From an uncultured delta proteobacterium (GTDB lineage Bacteria; Desulfobacterota; Binatia; JACPRU01): DNA of 64,000 bases. This document shows positions 1-12,787 of this stretch, piece after piece (position 1 is the stretch's first letter; the number at the start of each line of letters is the position of its first letter). The stretch is from assembly GCA_963745025.1 (NCBI GenBank), contig CAVUWD010000007.1, positions 75,091 through 139,090 on the forward strand, read 5' to 3'. The translations under genes were made by a program, and so were the position numbers. The notes under the pieces are model-generated. The model had not been told where the DNA came from. It saw nothing but the letters and a program-made list of their open reading frames with translations, and ran no database searches.

Positions 1-1678
1 GGGTCCTACGCCCGGCACGGACCCGGAGAGCTTCGTCCACTCGCGCTACGTCATCCTGTGGGCGTGCAATACCGTCAGCACCAATCTGCACCACTGGCCC
101 TTCATCGCCGAGGCGCAGAAGCGCGGCGCCAAGATCGTGGTGATCGACCCGGTCAAGACCCGCACCGCGCGGCAGGCCGACTGGCACATTCCCATCAAAC
201 CCGGCACCGACGGCGCGCTGGCGCTGGCGATGATCAACGTGATCACCGGCGAAGGCTTGGTGGACAAGGAGTACGTGGAGAAGTACACGGTCGGCTACGA
301 CGAACTGGCCGAGCGCGCGCAGGCAGTACGCCCCGGAGAGGGTCGCGTCGATCACGGGCATAGCGGCCGAAGACATCCGCAAGCTGGCGCGGGAATACGC
401 GACGACGCGCCCCTCGGTGATCCGGATCGGCGTGGCGATTGAGCGCCATTCCGGAGGCGGGCAGAGCAGTGCGGGCGCTGACCTGCCTGCCCGCGCTGGT
501 GGGAGCCTGGCGCGACGTGGGCGGGGGGATCCTGCAGCTTCCCATGTGGGCTTTCCCGGTGAAGTGGAATGCGCTCATGCGGCCGGACTGGATCAAGCCC
601 GGCACGCGCGTGCTCAACCAGTGGAAGCTGGGCGCTGCGCTTACCGGCGAGCTGAAGCTGGACCCGCCCGATGAAGTCGCTGTTCGTGTACAACGCCAAC
701 CCCGTGGTGGTGGCACCCGAGCAGGAAAAGATCGTCAAGGGGCTAGCGCGCGAAGACCTGTTCACGGTGGTGAGCGAGCATTTCATCACCGACACCGCCA
801 GCTACGCGGACATCGTGTTGCCCGCCACCACGCAGATGGAGCAGCACGAGCTCATGTTCTCCTGGGGGCACTTCTATCTTTCGCTCAACCAGAAGGCGAT
901 CTCGCCGCGCGGGGAGGCGGTGCCCAACACCGAGCTGTTCCGGCGCTTGGCCGCGGCCATGGACTTCGACGATCCGCACTTCAAGCGCAGCGACGAGCAG
1001 ATGGCGGTGGAGTCGCTCGACTGGGCGAGCCCAGCGATGGCCGGCATCACCATGGAGGAACTCCAGCGCAAGGGCTACGCGCGGTTGAAGGTCGGCACCC
1101 CCGACACCTACGCACCGCATGCGGAAGGCAATTTCCCGACGCGGTCGGGCAAAGTCGAGCTGAAGGCCTCGATGGCGGCCGGCGGCAACTTCGTGCTGCC
1201 ATTGTTTCGCCAGGGCTCGAAGGAATTCCAGGACGGCGCCTCGGTGGATCCGTTGCCGACTTTCATTCTGCCGCAGGAGTCAGCCGACACCAACCCGGCG
1301 CTGGCCGCGAAGTATCCGCTGAACATCCTGACGCCCAAGAACCACGCCTTCCTCAACTCGGGCTACGCCAACATGGCGCGCCAGCTCGGCCATGCGGGCG
1401 AGCAGTACGTGATGATCCATCCGACGGACGCCCGGGCCCGCGGCATCGCCGAGGGCGAACGCGTGGAAGTGTTCAACGACCGCGGCCGCTTTCTGGCCGA
1501 CGCACAAGTGAGCGACGAGGTGCGGCAGGGCGTGATCGTGTCGCCGCTCGGCTATTGGGCGTCGGTCAGCCCGGATGGGCGATCGGTCAATGCGGTGAAC
1601 GCGTCGAGATACGCGGACATGGGCCGGGCGCCGACGTTCTCCGATACGCTGGTGGAAGTGCGGCGGGTCGAGGCGTAA
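1..1678 (+). CDS. Molybdopterin-dependent oxidoreductase (DMSO reductase family, YyaE/YoaE-like), 5'-partial, split by several single-base frameshifts
   Basis: Consecutive frames give VIDPVKTRTARQADWHIPIKPGTDGALAL, LFVYNANPV, EHFITDTASYADIVLPA and a C-terminal molydopterin-binding domain (IHPTDARARGIAEGERVEVFNDRG); frame changes near 325-345, 465 and 670. Confidence 0.88.
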
Positions 1679-1699
1679 CGTTGTGGCGACTCCACAGGC

Positions 1700-2050
1700 T
1701 GCGGGCGAGCGGGAATCACACGGCTGGTTCACCGAGGGTTTCGACACTGCCGACCTCGAGGACGCCTAGTCCCTCCTCAACCGGCCGAGCGCCTGACATG
1801 CGCTGTTCAAAATCCTCTGTGGATAATCGCGAGGGACGGAAATTCTGTGCGGAGTGCGGCGCACCGCTGAGCGCTCGGTGTCCGTCATGTGGCGCTGAGA
1901 ACGAGCCGGCAGCAAAGTTCTGCGGTGAATGCGGTAGCCCGCTGGCCGGCAATGCTCAATTGGGTTCATTCACGGCACCGCCGGCGCAATCGATGGCCCC
2001 GAGATTCGCGTTACGCCCGAGGAGCTACGGGCCGTCGCGAGCATCAACTA
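1700..2050 (+). pseudogene. Relic junction: C-terminal tip of one cyclase-AAA-TPR gene, then the N-terminal double zinc ribbon of another
   Basis: About 1712-1770 reads HGWFTEGFDTADLEDA*, the typical C-terminus of these ATPase/TPR proteins; ATG 1798 starts MRCSKSSVDNREGRKFCAECG...CPSCGAENEPAAKFCGECG. Confidence 0.75.
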
Positions 2051-2896
2051 CTTGTTACCGGCGATCTCACTCAGGATGGGAAGCAGATACTCGCGAAACT
2101 TGCGCGGGTTTTCGCTCATGGGAAAGTGCCCGTTGTCCCGCATTTCAGTGAACCTCGCCCCTTTGACGCGCTCGACCAGTTTGCGCGTATCGGCAGGACT
2201 GGTCGCGAAATCATATTCACCGGTCAGCAGATACAGCGGACACTTGCTGGTATCGATGCGGTCTGCGTACCGCTCGGCATCGTATTCGACCGAGTAATAG
2301 TAAAGATCGCCCTTGAACACCATTGGTGCACCCTGGCTATATCCGAAGATCGTCTCACGGATATTCGGCTCCGGACTGGATGGCGCGCACAGTCCGTACA
2401 TCGTCGCCGGCTTCGCTTCATTGCTGATGCGCGGGTGGTAGAACTGATCGAGGTAATAGCCCGGGCTGTTGAGCGACGCTTCGACGCCGATGACGGCACG
2501 GAAGCGGTCCGGGTGGTGTGCCGCGAGATCGACAGCAACCTGACCGCCCATCGAACAGCCGATGAATACCGGGCGGTCCAATTCGAGTTCGGCGGCAAAC
2601 GTCAGGATGAACTTGAGAAAGAAATCTCGGGTCAGGTTATAGGGTTTCTCCCAGTGACGATCGCCGATTGGCGGCAGTGATTTGCCGTGGAAAGGCAGAT
2701 CCCAGGCGAAGACCCGGAAGTTCCGCGTGATTTCCGGATCCTCCAGCAGATGCCGCCATTGGAAGCCGTGCGCACCCGCAGTGTGCTGGCAGATCAGCGG
2801 GATCCCGGTCCCGTTCGCTTCGTAATAGACGCGGTATTCGATGCCGTTGATGCTCAGATGGACGTAGCGCCCGACGGCCTGATCGTGTCGTGCCAT
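2048..2896 (-). CDS. Alpha/beta hydrolase
   Basis: HTAGAHG, WDLPFHGKS, nucleophile GCSMGG, GEYD, GHFPMSENP. Confidence 0.9.
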   Translation of the reverse strand: MARHDQAVGRYVHLSINGIEYRVYYEANGTGIPLICQHTAGAHGFQWRHLLEDPEITRNFRVFAWDLPFHGKSLPPIGDRHWEKPYNLTRDFFLKFILTFAAELELDRPVFIGCSMGGQVAVDLAAHHPDRFRAVIGVEASLNSPGYYLDQFYHPRISNEAKPATMYGLCAPSSPEPNIRETIFGYSQGAPMVFKGDLYYYSVEYDAERYADRIDTSKCPLYLLTGEYDFATSPADTRKLVERVKGARFTEMRDNGHFPMSENPRKFREYLLPILSEIAGNK

Positions 2897-2908
2897 GGCG
2901 TCAACCCC

Positions 2909-3283
2909 TCAATTCGTCGCGTGTTCGCGCATGATCTGGAACATGCGCCGGAAAGCCCCGTAGTACGCGAAAAAAGTTTCCGAGTCACCTGCCCAATCGA
3001 ACTCTTTGCGCACGATGGCCGCGAACATGTCGTGGAAGAACGGTTTTGGTAGAGGCTTCAGGAATTCCCGCCAGCTGGCAACGGAGCCTCGGATCGTGAT
3101 GTCGGCGCTGTCGAATAGCGCCGGGTGGTCGATCCCGGTCATTTTGCCGCCGCGAAACTGCAGCAGCAGAGCTTCGTCACCGAAATGAAGCTTGAGTGCG
3201 CCGTCCAGGAAGCGTCCCGCAATCTGGAATTCGCCGTCGCGATTGACGGCTTCTTTGAACGCCTGCAAGTCGAACAATGCCAT
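2909..3283 (-). CDS. Hypothetical protein, probable SCP2-like lipid-binding fold
   Basis: GGAGGAG RBS before ATG 3283; ADITIRGSVASWREFLKPLPKPFFHDMF pattern; co-oriented with the hydrolase. Confidence 0.55.
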   Translation of the reverse strand: MALFDLQAFKEAVNRDGEFQIAGRFLDGALKLHFGDEALLLQFRGGKMTGIDHPALFDSADITIRGSVASWREFLKPLPKPFFHDMFAAIVRKEFDWAGDSETFFAYYGAFRRMFQIMREHATN

Positions 3284-3381
3284 GTCTCCTCCTCGCTCCG
3301 GCTGGCTGGCCCGGCTCGATGAACGTCGCGTCGTACCCGTCTGGCGTCGCTCTTCAGCAGGGTCCGTACGCATGCCGCGAT

Positions 3382-4953
<1,572 letters not shown>

Positions 4954-5218
4954 CGCTGCGTACCCTGTCGCGGCTCGCCGTCGAACGCAAGCCCTTCAGT
5001 CGACCGTGTCGAGCATCACCCCGACGTTCGTATCCGCTCCAAACCGGGCGATATGAAATCCATCTTCCAGGAGCACTACCCGGTGCTGCTCGCGGCACTC
5101 AAGGCGTGCATTACCTGTCCGCGTCCTGATCGCGTCCGCGCGCTTGCCGCGCGTGCGCAGGTGGCCTATCGTCGCACCGGTTCCCTACAAGCCGTGGCAA
5201 TCTCACGGGAGAGTGACG

Positions 5219-5659
5219 ATGACCATCGATCAGATGAACGATCTGGAAGCGATCCGCCAGCTCAAGGCGCGTTATTTCCGTCTCATGGACACCCAGCAAT
5301 GGGAAGCTTGGGCGGATTGCTTCACCGCCGACGTGTCGGCGTTCTACGAGGGCGCGCCGCGCGCCAATCCCGAGCTACCCGTCGACGTCCGTTGCGAGGG
5401 GCGTGCCGAACTCATCAAGGGTGTCAGTACGCTGATGAGGGGTGCGAAATCGATTCACCAGGGCTTCATGCCCGAGCTCGAGCTGACCAGCGCAACCACG
5501 GCGCGCGGCATCTGGGCAATGTTCGACTACGTCATGCTGCCGACCTGCCATTTCGAGGGCTGGGGTCATTATCACGAGGAATACGTCAAGGAAGGCGCGG
5601 CGTGGAAGATGAAGAAGATTCACCTGACCCGCCTGTACACCAAGGAAAAATTCCTCTGA
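5219..5659 (+). CDS. SnoaL/NTF2-like protein (BaiE-like)
   Basis: DLEAIRQLKARYFRLMD, SIHQGFMPE, ARGIWAMFDY, GWGHYHEEYVK. Confidence 0.85.
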   Translation: MTIDQMNDLEAIRQLKARYFRLMDTQQWEAWADCFTADVSAFYEGAPRANPELPVDVRCEGRAELIKGVSTLMRGAKSIHQGFMPELELTSATTARGIWAMFDYVMLPTCHFEGWGHYHEEYVKEGAAWKMKKIHLTRLYTKEKFL

Positions 5660-5846
5660 GGCGCCCGGCGAAGTCGGCACTCTTCCTCGAGTTGCTGGGC
5701 TGGGTCTCGCCACATCGAGGTCCAAAACGCTCCATTCCGCCGCTGTGCATATGGAGGCGTGCCAGGCGCGGAATCTGGGCGCTGCTGGAAGCGGCGCAGG
5801 AGCCGCCGTGGAGATGGCGCGAGGAGCGGCGGGAGGAGAGGAGGTC

Positions 5847-7489
<1,643 letters not shown>

Positions 7490-7493
<4 letters not shown>

Positions 7494-7640
7494 ACGTTGT
7501 TGAGGAGGCGGTCGCAGACGGCACCGACGATCGTTGGATCTCTGATGTGATCGTGCCACTCAAGGAGATCGCGCCTCAGGATCTCGGATCGAGACGAGCC
7601 CCCAGTCGTCGATGACCAGGACGAGACTCGGCGAGAGAGA
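7490..7640 (-). mobile_element. IS21-family IstB (ATPase helper) remnant with internal deletion
   Basis: Minus-strand frames give VLVIDDWGL (Walker B), then RRDLLE joined directly to WHDHIRDPTIVGAVCDRLLNNVHR. Confidence 0.7.
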
Positions 7641-7658
7641 AACGTCAATTGCCGCTCG

Positions 7659-10442
7659 TCAGGTCGCCTTCTGGATGTCCACATGCACGCCCCGGTCGAT
7701 CGGGACGGGCTGCCACAGCAATGGGCGATAGCGCAGGTGTCCGTAACCACCGGCGAGCGTCAACCATTTGACCATCCCGGTTTCCAGACACGAGGAGTCC
7801 TTCCATCCCGGGTACAGATACGACTCGAATCCCGTATACACGATCACCTGGCCCGGTCGTACCGCCGGCGTCACGCGCGCCTGTATGACTATCGTCCCGT
7901 CGTCGTTGAAGAGGCGGATGTCCTGTCCGTTCTCGATGCCGCGGGCCGCGGCATCTCGGTCGTTGATGTGCGCAACCGGCTTGCCGCGGGTCGTCGCGAG
8001 CATCGTGCGGTCGGTGCTGTGCATGCCGTTGACGCTCGAACGCAAGTGACCGCTGGTGACGACGAAGGGGTGGTCACCACCCATGGCCGGGCCTTCCTTG
8101 TGCACCGGCAACTCCTCGCCCGCCTCCAGAAACCACTCATGGTCGATGTAGAATTGCGCGCGGCGAGTGAGCGTGGGAAACGGCTCCTTCTTCTCGGTCT
8201 GCCAACGAAACGGGGTAAAGGTTTCGTCCGGGCGCACGTCCGACGCTCCCGCCAGGGAGAGCGGCGCGGCGCCCAAGCCGGTGAAGCGCACCCACCCCTT
8301 CTCCCGCAGCGTCGCCAGCGTGGTGCCCGGCGGCAGGGTTCCCATCACGGCCGAGTCGCGAATCGCCTCGTCCCAAACGGCATCGTCGCTCGCCAAGGCG
8401 CCATTCAGCGTCAGATCGTCGTAGAACGTATCCAGTCGGATCGATCGGCCGTCCGCCCCCTTCACTTCCAGCAGCCCGCGCGCCACGGCGCGCTCGGAGA
8501 GCTTGCGCGCGATCAACAGCATGGCCTGGTAGTCGGAGAGGGCTTCCCCCTGCGGTTCCACGGCACGATCCGACAGCGTGAGGTACATCGAGTCGTGCAC
8601 CGTGTAAGGGAAGTTCGTTTTTTCGTAATGCTGCGCCACAGGCAGCACGTAGTCGGAGTAGAGCGCGGTGGTCGACAGCCGAAAGTCGAGGGTGACGATC
8701 AGGTTGAGCGTCGGCCACAGATGCTCGAGGAGCATGCGCTGGCCGCCGCGCTGCATGCGCAACGGGTTGTTCCCGATGTTGAAGAGGACGCGGTGCGGTT
8801 CTTCGACAGTCGGATGCTCCAGGCCTTTCCACCAGCCCTTCGCCAGCGCCTCGTTGACGTAGTCGTCGAAGCGGCGCTTCATCCCGGGATCGTTGTTCGA
8901 GGGTTTGTTATAGACGTCCCGGTATCCGCACTGGTTGTACCAAAAGAAAAAGGGCGGGGTCGCGCCCGATTCCATGCCGCTCTTGGAGCCGGCCTCTATC
9001 ATGAGCATTTCACGCGTGAGCGTCGGATCCGCAGCCAGGGCCGCCCGTATCCCCTCCTCCTGGGCGCGAAACGTTTCTTCGGTGACCTGCTGACCCACTC
9101 GCAACTTCTGGGGCAAGCTGTAGGCCCCATCGAACATACCTCCCGAGATGCCGCGAATACCGGCGCCTTTCTTGCCCCAATTGCCGGTGAGCGCGACCAC
9201 CAGGCACATGGCCCGCTCCATCAGATCGCCGTGATACGACTTGCACATCGTGAAGCCGGTGAGGATGCGCGTCCGCTTGTTGGCGACCTTGCGGGCCAGC
9301 TGACGAATCGTCTCGGGATGGACGCCGCAGACGCCTGACGCGTCGTCCGGCGCGTATGCCTCGAGCCGGCGCCGCAGCAGCACGAATGCCGGCACCACTT
9401 CGACCTCGGTGCCGTCCTTCAGCGTGGCACCGTACGCGCCGTCCAGCGCCGGCTCGAGCCCCCCAAGTTCGAGCGTTCGCGGCGCTTCGGCGATCCGCTG
9501 GCTGCGCGTGTCGAACAGATGGAACACCTCGTCCGATCCGCCCTCACGGACATCGGACTGGCGCAGGAAGCGGCCGGTGTCGGTGCGCACCAGCAGGCCG
9601 AGATCGGTCTGTTCGCGCACGAACGGCTCATTGACCAGTCCCTCGTCGATGAGGACACGGCACATCGCCAGGGCTAGCGCGGCGTCGGAGCCGACCCGAA
9701 CGGGCAGGTACTGATCGGCGTGAACCGCCGAGGGGCTGTAGTCGGGCGCGATCGTGACGATCTCGGCGCCGTTGTAGCGCGCCTCGGTCAGGTAATGGAA
9801 CGTCGTGATGTTGCTTTGCGCCGGATTGTTGGCCCAGATCAGCACCAGCTCGGAGTGAAACCAGTCGTCGTGACTGGAACACATCCCAATCCGTCCGAAG
9901 GTGATGTACATCCCGAGCTCCATGTCACCAACCTCGGCAAGAAGGTCCGAAACCGTGGCCCCGAGCCGTAAGAAGACGTTGTTCGTGAGGGCCATCGCCT
10001 GACCGCCCCCTTCGGTCGTGCCCGGGCGCAAGATTGTGCGAGGCCCCGATTCCTCGATGGCGTCCAGCATCGCGTCCGCGATTTCAGTCGTCGCCTCGTC
10101 CCAGGTGACACGGGTCCAGCGGCCTTCGCCCCGCTCACCGGCGCGGCGCATGGGATACGTCACGCGATCCGTCCCATTGAGCATCCGGCTCCACGCAGCG
10201 CCCTTCTGGCAGCCGGTGGGATTCAGGTCGGGGACTCCGGGCTCGATCGTCGTGAAGGTCGCCCCGGGTTCCTCGCGGATGACACGGCCGTCCCGGACGA
10301 AGACGTGGAAGGGGCAGTTGGCCGGATAGCAGTCGACGCAGTGCGTGCCCCACGTAACTTTGTCCCACTTCCACTTGTCTCGATAGGCGTCTGCCCAGGC
10401 CTCACTCGTCCGATCTATCGCTGCGTCTTCCGTGTGGCTCAT
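7659..10442 (-). CDS. Type II DMSO-reductase-family molybdoenzyme alpha subunit (ethylbenzene/steroid C25 dehydrogenase-like), no Tat signal
   Basis: FS0 motif GTHCVDCYPANC...GCQKG, RRAGERGEGRW, putative Asp ligand EVGDM followed by SSHDDWF, SDYVLPVAQHYEK; ATG 10442 overlaps the beta-subunit stop (ATGA). Confidence 0.88.
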   Translation of the reverse strand: MSHTEDAAIDRTSEAWADAYRDKWKWDKVTWGTHCVDCYPANCPFHVFVRDGRVIREEPGATFTTIEPGVPDLNPTGCQKGAAWSRMLNGTDRVTYPMRRAGERGEGRWTRVTWDEATTEIADAMLDAIEESGPRTILRPGTTEGGGQAMALTNNVFLRLGATVSDLLAEVGDMELGMYITFGRIGMCSSHDDWFHSELVLIWANNPAQSNITTFHYLTEARYNGAEIVTIAPDYSPSAVHADQYLPVRVGSDAALALAMCRVLIDEGLVNEPFVREQTDLGLLVRTDTGRFLRQSDVREGGSDEVFHLFDTRSQRIAEAPRTLELGGLEPALDGAYGATLKDGTEVEVVPAFVLLRRRLEAYAPDDASGVCGVHPETIRQLARKVANKRTRILTGFTMCKSYHGDLMERAMCLVVALTGNWGKKGAGIRGISGGMFDGAYSLPQKLRVGQQVTEETFRAQEEGIRAALAADPTLTREMLMIEAGSKSGMESGATPPFFFWYNQCGYRDVYNKPSNNDPGMKRRFDDYVNEALAKGWWKGLEHPTVEEPHRVLFNIGNNPLRMQRGGQRMLLEHLWPTLNLIVTLDFRLSTTALYSDYVLPVAQHYEKTNFPYTVHDSMYLTLSDRAVEPQGEALSDYQAMLLIARKLSERAVARGLLEVKGADGRSIRLDTFYDDLTLNGALASDDAVWDEAIRDSAVMGTLPPGTTLATLREKGWVRFTGLGAAPLSLAGASDVRPDETFTPFRWQTEKKEPFPTLTRRAQFYIDHEWFLEAGEELPVHKEGPAMGGDHPFVVTSGHLRSSVNGMHSTDRTMLATTRGKPVAHINDRDAAARGIENGQDIRLFNDDGTIVIQARVTPAVRPGQVIVYTGFESYLYPGWKDSSCLETGMVKWLTLAGGYGHLRYRPLLWQPVPIDRGVHVDIQKAT

Positions 10443-11500
10443 CGGAGATTTCCTTTCGTGGGTTCGTTCCTCCAATCGATGTCGGCTGGATCGCGGTGCA
10501 GGTGGCCGAGGGCGTCCTTCCAGTGGTACAGAATGAGGGTGTCCAGCAGTTCCGACCATTCGCCGCGCCGCCGTTTTTCGAGCTGCGCCTTCAGGGTCGC
10601 GAGCGCCGTATGAACGGCTGGACCGAACAGCGACTCCAGGTAGGCTGGCGGAATGCGCTCGCCGGTATCGTCCAGGCCACCGTCTGCGCGCAACGGCGCC
10701 GGCGCCAGCGGCGGTACATAGTAGACGTTGGATTCCACGCCAAACTCGGGATGCAGCGGCAGCGCCACGTTCCACTGGCGCACGAGCTTGTGGACCGGTG
10801 AGCGCTCGTCGTCGAGAAAACCGACGAACGCCGCCCGCCCCGGGCAGGATCGCACGCAGACCGGGGCCACACCGTGGTCGATACGTGGAAAACACCCGAT
10901 GCACTTCTGGGAGATATCCCGTTTCGGGTTGAAGGAGATCTTCTTGTATGGACACGCCCCGATGCAGGAACGATCGCCTTGGCAGCGCGCTTCGTCGATC
11001 AGGACGAGCCCGTCATCCTCCCGCTTGAAGATCGCGTCGTGCGGACAGGCTTCGACACAGGCCGGTCGGGTGCAGTGCGCACAGAGGCGGGGCAAGTAGA
11101 AGAAGTAGGAGTTGGGATACTGGCCGCCGCCCTCGTCCTCGTCCCAGTTCATTCCCCAGCTGGAATTTCCGCTGATCGCGTGCAGGTGGACGTCGCGGCC
11201 GCGGCCGCCCTTGAGCACTTCATCGTAATTGAAATCCAGGCCGCCACCGATTTCTTCCTCGGTCGGCTCGCGGCCGATCTGCAGGCGACCATCAACGTAC
11301 CCCCCGCCCATGCTCTGCCAGTCGCGCGGCATGCCGCGACCGGGCTGCGTGTTGACCGTCATCCACCACATCGACTCGGTACCCGGATCCTCACCGGGCC
11401 ACTGGACCTTGCAGGCAACCGAGCAGGTCTGGCAGCCAATACACTTGTTGAGGTCGAAGACCCACGCGAGCTGCCGCTTCGACCGCGTCAAGGTTCCCAT
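10439..11500 (-). CDS. Fe-S beta subunit (EbdB/NarH-like)
   Basis: DLNKCIGCQTCSVACK, YLPRLCAHCTRPACVEACP, CQGDRSCIGACPYKK, KCIGCFPR..CVRSC, LPLHPEFG; GGAG RBS. Confidence 0.92.
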   Translation of the reverse strand: MGTLTRSKRQLAWVFDLNKCIGCQTCSVACKVQWPGEDPGTESMWWMTVNTQPGRGMPRDWQSMGGGYVDGRLQIGREPTEEEIGGGLDFNYDEVLKGGRGRDVHLHAISGNSSWGMNWDEDEGGGQYPNSYFFYLPRLCAHCTRPACVEACPHDAIFKREDDGLVLIDEARCQGDRSCIGACPYKKISFNPKRDISQKCIGCFPRIDHGVAPVCVRSCPGRAAFVGFLDDERSPVHKLVRQWNVALPLHPEFGVESNVYYVPPLAPAPLRADGGLDDTGERIPPAYLESLFGPAVHTALATLKAQLEKRRRGEWSELLDTLILYHWKDALGHLHRDPADIDWRNEPTKGNLR

Positions 11501-11630
11501 GGTTTCGTTCTCCTTCGGGCAATCCCTACCGTGAGTTTTTTCCCGGCGGCGACACTAGATAGAAAGAAGCGGGCTTTGAATGGCGTGACCGGACAAGAAC
11601 GTGATATTTTCGGCCACGGTGGCGGATCCG

Positions 11631-12653
11631 ATGCGCACTTGGAACGTTCGGGGCATTGCCAGCGTCCACCTGCTCATGAGCTTGGGGGCAGAGCACGGCC
11701 TTTCGGCGAGCGACTGCCTGCGCGGATCGGCGATCCCGGTCGAGAGCCTGGAGGACCCGTTCTTCGAGGTCGAGGCGAGCCAGGAACTCACGGTCGTGCG
11801 CAACCTCCTGCACCACCTCGCCCACGTCCCAGGCATCGGACTCGAAGCTGGGCGGCGATACCGGCTCACGGGCTACGGAATCCTGGGCTACGCGCTCCTC
11901 AGCAGCCGCTCCCTGCGCAGTGCGATCGATTTCGCGGTTCGCTACCTCGATCTCACCTTTGCCTTCAATCGCTACCAAACCGAGAAGGTGGCCGAGGGGC
12001 TCCGGATCGTGTTGGACGATCGTGACGTTCCCAAAGATTGCCGGCAGTTCCTCGTCGAGCGCGATGCTGCAGCGACCGTGGCCCTCTCGCGTCAGCTGTT
12101 ACTGAAACCGCTGCCGCTCCACCGGGCAACCTTCCGCTTCGAACGACCATCGTACGCTGCACGTTTTGAGGAGTTCTTTCTCGGCCCCGTTTTCTTCGGA
12201 GGGCCCGTTCACGAGATGGTGATCAGCAACGAGTGGGTGGACCAGCCGCTTCCGCAAGCCGACGAGCCGACGGTGCGGCTCTGCGAGGAGCAGTGCAGGG
12301 AGCTGCTCGACCGGCGGCGGGCGCAGACGCGTGTCTCGGAGCGGGTCCGTCAACATCTCCTGCGGCCACGGGGCGCCGCCCAGATGGAAGGGCTCGCAGC
12401 GGAGCTGGGAATGGCACCGCGCACTCTCCACCGGCACCTCGCCGCCGAAGGAGCCTCGTTCCGGCAGCTCTTGGACGAGGTGCGTCAGGCCCTTGCCGAG
12501 GAGATGCTCGCACACCGGATGACGGTGGATGAGGTTGCCGAGCGCCTCGGTTACTCCGAGGCGTCGAGCTTCGCCCACGCATTCAAGCGCTGGAAGGGCA
12601 TCTCCCCCAGGACGTATCGCCGGCAGACCGCCGACGCGTCACGGCGCGACTGA
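11631..12653 (+). CDS. AraC-family transcriptional regulator, divergent from the beta/alpha pair
   Basis: YGILGYALLSS ligand domain; C-terminal LAAELGMAPRTLHRHL...VAERLGYSEASSFAHAFKRWKGISP. Confidence 0.93.
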   Translation: MRTWNVRGIASVHLLMSLGAEHGLSASDCLRGSAIPVESLEDPFFEVEASQELTVVRNLLHHLAHVPGIGLEAGRRYRLTGYGILGYALLSSRSLRSAIDFAVRYLDLTFAFNRYQTEKVAEGLRIVLDDRDVPKDCRQFLVERDAAATVALSRQLLLKPLPLHRATFRFERPSYAARFEEFFLGPVFFGGPVHEMVISNEWVDQPLPQADEPTVRLCEEQCRELLDRRRAQTRVSERVRQHLLRPRGAAQMEGLAAELGMAPRTLHRHLAAEGASFRQLLDEVRQALAEEMLAHRMTVDEVAERLGYSEASSFAHAFKRWKGISPRTYRRQTADASRRD

Positions 12654-12787
12654 GTTGCCTGAAGGTTTCCTCGCCAAGAGGTCCGGACCGTCGCCGTCGC
12701 CGCGGGGGTTTTTGTCATGGTAGCTGCCGACATGCCAGGGTCGCGAACACAAGTTGGGAATCCGCTATCGTGGCCACAACGGTGGCC

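Noticed and set aside
7683-9338. Long antisense ORFs (also 4324-5850, 35887-37227, 46774-48444 and others)
   Set aside because: Shadow frames of GC-rich genes with no motifs.
10443-10955. 171-aa N-terminal extension of the alpha-subunit ORF
   Set aside because: It overlaps the beta gene in another frame and is low-complexity; the ATGA overlap points to a start at 10442.
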